From NCBI GenBank assembly GCA_964016885.1, contig OZ024745.1, positions 19,592,001 to 19,656,000 on the forward strand: a DNA stretch of 64,000 nt, in the 5' to 3' direction. Shown piece after piece: positions 57,236 to 64,000 of the stretch (positions are counted from its first letter, which is position 1; each line of letters begins with the position of its first letter). This stretch comes from Eledone cirrhosa (Eukaryota). Position numbers and translations under genes: made by a program. Below the pieces are notes generated by a model. The model did not search any database, was not told the DNA's origin, and saw only the letters and a list, made by a program, of their open reading frames with translations.

Positions 57236-57428
57236 ATAGGAAAAAGTATGACCCCGACGGCAGAGCTCAAGCCGTTTCGACGGCTATTTCTGGACCAGAA
57301 ATAGCCGTCGAAACGGCTTGAGCTCTGCCGTCGGGGTCATACTTTTTCCTATTTCCCACTCTACTACCCTCAGTATTGAGTACTCTGGTGCGTTATGGTC
57401 CATCTGGTTCCTTACCACAATTCCTTTG

Positions 57429-57431
<3 letters not shown>
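57236..57431 (+). mobile_element. ~195-bp hairpin-plus-tail element in (TA)n, copy 3
   Basis: Perfect 58-bp arms centred on A57294, same tail as copies 1 and 2. Confidence 0.9.
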
Positions 57432-57475
<44 letters not shown>

Positions 57476-58379
57476 AAACATTCACTATGGCTGAAAACAG
57501 CTGAAGAATTTATGTGTGGACAAAATGAATTGAGTGGTTTGTATGAAGTTGTGTGTACATTCATACATACATAGTTACTGTGACAAAACTGAGCAAACGT
57601 ACATCAATAGATAGCAAAATACACACACACACACACATATGCAGTGACACAGATGAAGTTGTAAGACAGGAAGTAGACAGACAAGTTAGTTTTCAGAAAC
57701 AAAACTCTTTCTTCACATCCGGGAGATGAGTAATAAATAAGAGAACGCTTCCACTCTGCACTATAGTGATGTCTTTATTGCTGTTGTTGTTGTTGTTGTC
57801 AACTGGCTTTCTGTGTAAACAATAGCAACATGTTTGTATGTGGTCAGAGAAGGCCAATCAAACAATATTAATGTATCATCAATTCTGGAGACCACCAATG
57901 GAATAAGTGACAGCTTATATATACATACATATATATAAATATATACACATCATCATCATCATCAACGTTTAACGTCCGTGTTCCACGCTTGCATGGGTTT
58001 GGACGGGGGTATTCCCACTTGAGGCAAGAGTGATTGTCTTGCTCGCATAGGACTGTCTGGCAGGTTTTCTACAGTTGGATGCCCTTCCTAACACCAATCA
58101 CATTTACAGTGTGGGTCTGGGAGGTTTTTACCGTGTTGCCTACACGGCCACATTACAGCGTGGACTGTGTGTTTTTTTGTAGTCACACCTACACGATCTC
58201 ATTTGTTTCGGCCTGGATGGCGTGGCACCGACATAACTTTACATAGAAGGGGGTGGTGTGGATGGGGTGGGGGTGGTGGGACGGGGGTGTATTTTGTTAG
58301 AGATGCCTACTGGCTGTAGTAGGTTTTACTATGTATTTAGGTAAGGCGGGTCTTCTCTGTTACTGAGTACCGCCAAAGG

Positions 58380-58418
<39 letters not shown>

Positions 58419-58421
<3 letters not shown>

Positions 58422-61400
58422 GTAAACGGAATAGAAAATGCTGACAAATTGTTCACAGTGAAAAATAGTTTAATTAGGAATAAGTGAGAATTAGTAATAG
58501 TATTGGTTAGTATTCAGTTTTAAGTTTTACCGGTTGCGCATTTCTAATGCTTTTCAAAAATAATTTTGAGATAGAGCGTCCGTGATGTTTGCTCTGATCT
58601 GATTAGTTTTGGGAATTCTACCTGTTTTTATGTTAAAAAAGTGGCTCCAGCGGTATTAAAATAAGTTTTGCGCCAATTCGTGTTGCAAAAATTCTTGTGG
58701 TCAAAACAATTTTGATTGGTCGGTAGAGGTCATGTGAATGTAAAAAATTGATTTTGCGCCAAATGTAGGTTTGTGTCGGCTAACTGAGAAATAAGTCTTT
58801 CACAACAAATATGCGTGTGTGTGTGTAGTAGTAGTAGTAAAGAGGTTCGTTGTTGTGATAATGGTCAGCAGGGATGTGTGTGCGAACCGCAGCCTGTTGA
58901 CAGTTCAAATGCCTATTAAGACAAGTGTGTGTGTGTGTGTGTAGCAGAGTAATTCGTGGTAGAGGGATGGTCAGTAGGAATGTGTCTGTAAGTGTGTGGT
59001 GGATATTTTAACATGTTAAAAGATATTTTTCAGCTCTTGTCTTATACGGAGAAGTGTGTGTGTGTGTGTGTATATGTCTCTTTGTATGTTAATGTACGCG
59101 TGTGTATGTGTGTGTGTGTGTATGTGTGTGTGTATATATGTGTGTGGGGGGGGGGGCATTTTTTCCTGGTAAAATGGTGTACATTATTCGATATTATCAG
59201 TAAAATCGATTCTCTCAATAGAACATCAAAAACCTTAATAATAAAAGGTGTGAAATGATATATAGTATTGGCATAATACCAAGGTGTGTATGAGTGTGTG
59301 TGTGTCCAGAATGTGCGTACTGCAAGGGGGATCCATTAGGCCTTGCCGTATTGGAATACCTGTGCACAAATATGTATCTGGAGTGTGTCCAGAAATTGTA
59401 TACCTGTGCACAAATTGTATACTTGTGCACAAATTGTACACATGTATCTGGAGTGTGTCCAGATTGTACGTACTGCAAGGGGAATTCATTAGGCTTTGCC
59501 GTATTGGAATGCCTGTGCACAAATATGTATGTGCCCATCAGTGTGCAATGCATGTGTGCGTTTATGTATGTGTGTCGGCACGTTTATATCTATAGACATC
59601 AAAAGGTATGCAAATTTGTGTATATTTATGTTGCACCATAGAACATGTGTGTTTACGTATGTCATTGTGTTTATATGTGGGTAGAGATGTGTGCTGATGT
59701 AGGTATGTATGCTGACGTGTGTATGTTGTGGGTTCGTCTTAGGGAGAAGTGTTTAGACGGGGTCCGTATTTGTTAATAAAGTAAGATTCCTTGCTGATGC
59801 GCTGGGTGTGGGTGGCATTATCTTTAAATTTGTAGAGGGGAAAGATTCTGAAGTTGGGATGATTTTGGGCGGCACAGGTATCAATGTGTTCACTCAGTGG
59901 TATTTTCCTGTATTCCCGTATTTTAATTTGGGATCTATGGACAGTCATGCGTTGGCGGAGGCTGTTTTTGGTCTGGCCTATGTATTGTTCTCGACAACCT
60001 GAGCAAGTTAATACATATATTAGATTTTCTGATGCGCATGTGAAATTGTGTTTTACTATAAAACGTTGTCCTTCTTTGAAATAGAATTCCGAACCCTCTA
60101 TTAGGTTGATGCAAATGCCACAGTTGGGTCTATCGTATTTTTTTACTGTGGGTTTCGTTGTTGTGGTTGGCAGTACTTTGGCATGTGTTAGGATGTTTTT
60201 CATTGACTTAGATTGTCTTTTGCTCTTTATGATATCGTGTGTTCGTAGGATTTGGTTCATTCTATGGTCCTTTTTCAACACAGGGATGTTCTGGAGGATG
60301 GTGTCAAGGGCCTCATTGTTGAGGGGGTTGTGTGTGGAGATGTATGGAAGAGCTTTTAGTTTCGGTTGATTTACTTTAGGGTGTCTAAGGTCCTGGGTAC
60401 TGAGTTTTAGGGCACGTTGGATTCCATTGTCAATTAGTGATGCAGTGTAGTCCCTGCCTATGAGTGTGTCCTTTAGTTCTTGTAGCCGTAAGTAGCAGGT
60501 GTTTTTAATGGAGACTATAGTACAGATTCTCTTGGCTAAGTTGTAGGGAATATTAATTTTAACGTGTCTAGGGTGGCAAGAGTTGAAAGGAAGATATTGC
60601 TTGGAGTCTGTGGGCTTGTAGTATATGTCTGTTTCTATTTTTTTGTTATGGATCTTAATGAGGATGTCGAGGAAGGGGAGTTGTTGATGGCTGTATTCCA
60701 TCGTGAAGTTAATATTCGTGTTGAGCCCAATTATAAGGGTGTGAAATTCTTTAAGTTTTTCCATGTGTTCCTGCCAAAGGATGAAGCAGTCATCTAGATA
60801 TCGCTTCCAGTTCCTTTCTATGTGTAAGTGGAGAGTGTTTCCAAATTTGTTTAGGACTTTAGTGTAGAGGGTGATTTCCAGGTATCCCATGACTAGGTTG
60901 GCATAAGTGGGGGCTGTTTTCGTTCCCATAGCGGTCCCAGATTTCTGCCTGTAGGGTTTGTTATTGAAAACAAAGTAATTGTTCTCCAAGATAAATTTGA
61001 GTCCCTCTATCACAAATTCTTTTTTGATGCGTTGTGGGAGTTCATTGTGGTAATTATCCAGCCAGAATTGGATAGCTTCTATTCCTAGGTTGTGGGGGAT
61101 GTTGGAGTATAGGTTGACTACATCGAACGTCACTAGTAAGGTTTGTTCAGAAAGTGGCATATTAGGGAGGTGATTGAGCATATCTAGGTCGTCCCTTATA
61201 TAGCTTTTGATGTGTTTGAGAAAAGGCTTGAGAAGGGTATCAATGAAGTTGCTAAGGCGGTGGGTTTCGCAAGCGGGGCCTGCTATTATAGGTCTTAATT
61301 TGAGATCATTGGGTGAGGGGACATTGATGACTATGTCTGTGGCTTCCTTGCATGCCTTACTTATTAATTCGCTTTTATGTAGGGATACCGTAGAAAAGGC

Positions 61401-62270
61401 TGGATTTACTTGTGAAGTCTGTGATGAAGCTGAATTCCTTGTTAGTGAGTCCTTCTTTTTCTGTTGATTGTAGTGTTCAGCCTTTTCGTAGTATGTTTCG
61501 TTTTCCAAAGTGGAGAGCGCTAAGTTGATATAGAATTCTGTCTCCATTAGGACTACTGTACTCCCTTTATCAGCCTCTTTAATTGTAATGGTTCTGTCGG
61601 TTTTTAATCTATTTAATTCTTCCCATTCTTTCTTGTTGAGGTTTGGCTTGTGTTTTTGTCTGTGCAAGTGTTGGTAAGGGAAGTTTGTGATGTGTTCACA
61701 GAATTCGTCCAGGATTTTATTTCTACCTTTTGATGGGGTGTAATTGCTTCTATTTCTGGCTAATGATTCATCCTCATTGTACTGGTCGAATAGTTCTTCA
61801 CTGAGTCGTAACTTTCTACAGAAGTCTGTGATGTCTTCCTTCATTTCATAGTAGTTAGGACGTAGTGGGGTCGGTGTGAATTTAAGACCTTTGGAGAGTA
61901 AGTTGATAAGGTTGGGTGTTGGTTCTGCACTAGTAAGATTGATAATTTTTATTACTATCGGTTTCTCCTCCCTGTCTTGTGTTATTTTGTTTGTCTGTAT
62001 CTGTGTGCTGTGTCTAAAAAATGGTTGGGGTAGAGGGGTTGTCTGCTGATGTTAAGTGGTCTCCTGTGTTTGTTATATTCCTTGTTGTTGTAAAATGTGG
62101 TTCGGGTTGGTGGTTGTAGATTGAATGGGGTGTTCCTGTACTGCGAGTATGGGTGTGTGTTTCTATGTGCCATGTTGTATTGTGGTGTTATAGGTGGCCT
62201 ACGTTGTTGGTTGTATCGTGTGGTGTGGGTTTGTTGAGTATTGTGGAAGCGAGAGTTAAGAAAATGGAAA

Positions 62271-62271
<1 letters not shown>
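58419..62271 (-). mobile_element. Penelope-like retroelement (Neptune-type), near full length
   Basis: RT + GIY-YIG ORF with ~1.3 kb downstream non-coding region; (TA)n at 58385-58417 and 62272-62317; boundaries inferred from the TA tracts. Confidence 0.8.
59739..61844 (-). CDS. Penelope-like reverse transcriptase / GIY-YIG endonuclease (probably disabled; homology extends upstream to ~61960)
   Basis: ADKG, LRPII, TFDVVNLYSNIPH, QKSGTAMG..APTYANL, RYLDD, LPFLD, YKPTD, Cys linker CGIC, IYVLTCSGCREQYIGQT..RM..H..SEH, E..FI..LN; upstream IINL..LLSKGLKFTPTP. Confidence 0.93.
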   Translation of the reverse strand: MKEDITDFCRKLRLSEELFDQYNEDESLARNRSNYTPSKGRNKILDEFCEHITNFPYQHLHRQKHKPNLNKKEWEELNRLKTDRTITIKEADKGSTVVLMETEFYINLALSTLENETYYEKAEHYNQQKKKDSLTRNSASSQTSQVNPAFSTVSLHKSELISKACKEATDIVINVPSPNDLKLRPIIAGPACETHRLSNFIDTLLKPFLKHIKSYIRDDLDMLNHLPNMPLSEQTLLVTFDVVNLYSNIPHNLGIEAIQFWLDNYHNELPQRIKKEFVIEGLKFILENNYFVFNNKPYRQKSGTAMGTKTAPTYANLVMGYLEITLYTKVLNKFGNTLHLHIERNWKRYLDDCFILWQEHMEKLKEFHTLIIGLNTNINFTMEYSHQQLPFLDILIKIHNKKIETDIYYKPTDSKQYLPFNSCHPRHVKINIPYNLAKRICTIVSIKNTCYLRLQELKDTLIGRDYTASLIDNGIQRALKLSTQDLRHPKVNQPKLKALPYISTHNPLNNEALDTILQNIPVLKKDHRMNQILRTHDIIKSKRQSKSMKNILTHAKVLPTTTTKPTVKKYDRPNCGICINLIEGSEFYFKEGQRFIVKHNFTCASENLIYVLTCSGCREQYIGQTKNSLRQRMTVHRSQIKIREYRKIPLSEHIDTCAAQNHPNFRIFPLYKFKDNATHTQRISKESYFINKYGPRLNTSP

Positions 62272-62320
<49 letters not shown>

Positions 62321-63538
62321 ACACGTGTAGGTGTCATGGAAAAAGCACCCAGTCCACATTGTAAAGTGGTCGTGTAGGCATCTTGATAAAAAGCACCCTG
62401 TACTCACTCTAAATGAGGTTGGCGCTAGGAAGGGCATCCAGCTGTAGAAACCAAGCCAAATCGGTTCTCTATGAGCATGACATGTCCACCTGACCTAGTA
62501 TTGCTCACAACAGGATAACTCACCTAACCCATGCCAGCGTGGGAAAATGGACAATAAACATTGATGATGATATATATCGACATCAGAGTTATATTTGACA
62601 TTTCCAAGAGTTGAACAGGATGTTTTGAGGGAAATGTTTTACAGTTGGATGCTCTTCCTGATATCAACCTTTTAAGTAGTTTCTTACGACACTTAAGGAT
62701 ATGACAAACCCATTTTATACAGGATAACACTGCCTTGCTTCTTACAATACACAGGGATATGGTGTACCTATTCTAAACCAGTAAACCGGATACACATTAT
62801 ATAGATATATATTTATATATACTGGGTGAAGAAGTGTACCAGGGAATACCAGGGGAAGGAAGCGTCAATAGACGAAGAAAGACTGGGCAGAGGTGGTGAG
62901 AGCTGGCCTCAAATCACTAAGTCTCACAGAGGAGATGACGAAGGAACACAGTGAAGAGATACTGTGTTGAGGACCAGTCCAACCTATGCAAGTGTGGAAA
63001 AATGGATGCAAAAACGATGATGATGATGATGATGATGATATATATATATCATCATTTAACATCCACTTTCCCTACTACCATATATATAAATATATATATA
63101 ATAGTTTAGATAAGTTGAAACACAACTATATTATTTATCGTGTTTAATAGATTCTGAGGAAATCAGTACAGAGGAAAAAATGGAATTTCTTACTGTATTG
63201 ATTGAAACATTCGTAAATCAATTAAATAATTTAATATAATTTAATCTTGATTATTTTTATTCATTACATATATATATATATATCTTCTTTCACTTATTCT
63301 TGAGTGAGTCATGGAGGCAGAGTCCTCAAACACTCCTTCCAGCAGGTCCTAATAGAAGAAACTGTCTCCAACAGATCTGGCTGGAACCTCAAGCGAGACC
63401 AGCCAAGCTCATGGATGTTATCCAACCATCTTGCTCACGGTCTATCCCTGGGTTTCCTGCCAGTTGATTTTGCCCGTAGAATCTGTCCAGCGATTTTTTT
63501 TCTGAAACATGCTCATATCACGGAGCTGTGATCTCTCA

Positions 63539-63581
<43 letters not shown>

Positions 63582-64000
63582 TTGCTGTTGTTTACACAAA
63601 AAGCTATTTGACAACAATAGCAGCAAAGAGAATGACAATGCTCAATATGGTACACACACACAGACATACACACATCCGCCACTCAGTTTGACGACATTTA
63701 AACATTTGTGTGAGGTCACTACACATAAATCCTGTTTGAATCGGTACTGAACTTATTATGAATATCATAACTTCCGTTTCTGTTGCCACTAAAAGGCATG
63801 TCTTCTATTACAGTCGTGGAGGCACTGTAGAGGATGACTTGCTCAAACTTTCATTAATCAACTCTCAGTAAGGAGCTGTTACCAGGAGCAATAGAAAACC
63901 ATGAATTGTAGAGACTTTGTCAGAAATGTTCGACTGTGGTCACATTGATAATGATAGTATAACTTTAACCCTTTAGCATTTAAACCGGCCAGAATTCTCT

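Overview
Repeat-rich, AT-rich animal genomic DNA, most likely an octopus/coleoid cephalopod (inferred from the SINE/LINE complement and the huge microsatellites). Most ORF-track entries are translations of simple repeats. Supported content: (1) a spliced gene on the minus strand with 9 phase-compatible GT-AG exons (44351 to 26631), encoding a ~350 aa coiled-coil protein with a probable tandem-RWD C-terminus (Zwint-like kinetochore architecture); (2) a near full-length Penelope-like retroelement (RT + GIY-YIG, Neptune-type) flanked by (TA)n; (3) many tRNA-derived SINEs, RTE/CR1/CRE LINE fragments, mariner remnants and hAT/piggyBac/pogo-type MITEs; (4) several satellites, one amplified from inside a SINE. 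The most interesting signal is a set of short non-coding elements that sit in (TA)n microsatellites, carry type I hammerhead ribozyme motifs with a palindromic stem III, and are often arranged as head-to-head palindromes. The best example is a 467-nt, highly structured, terminally redundant, retrozyme-like unit at 17206-18218. Together they suggest a (TA)n-targeting system of ribozyme-bearing passengers mobilised by Penelope-like elements. All structures were read by eye; no folding or database search was run.
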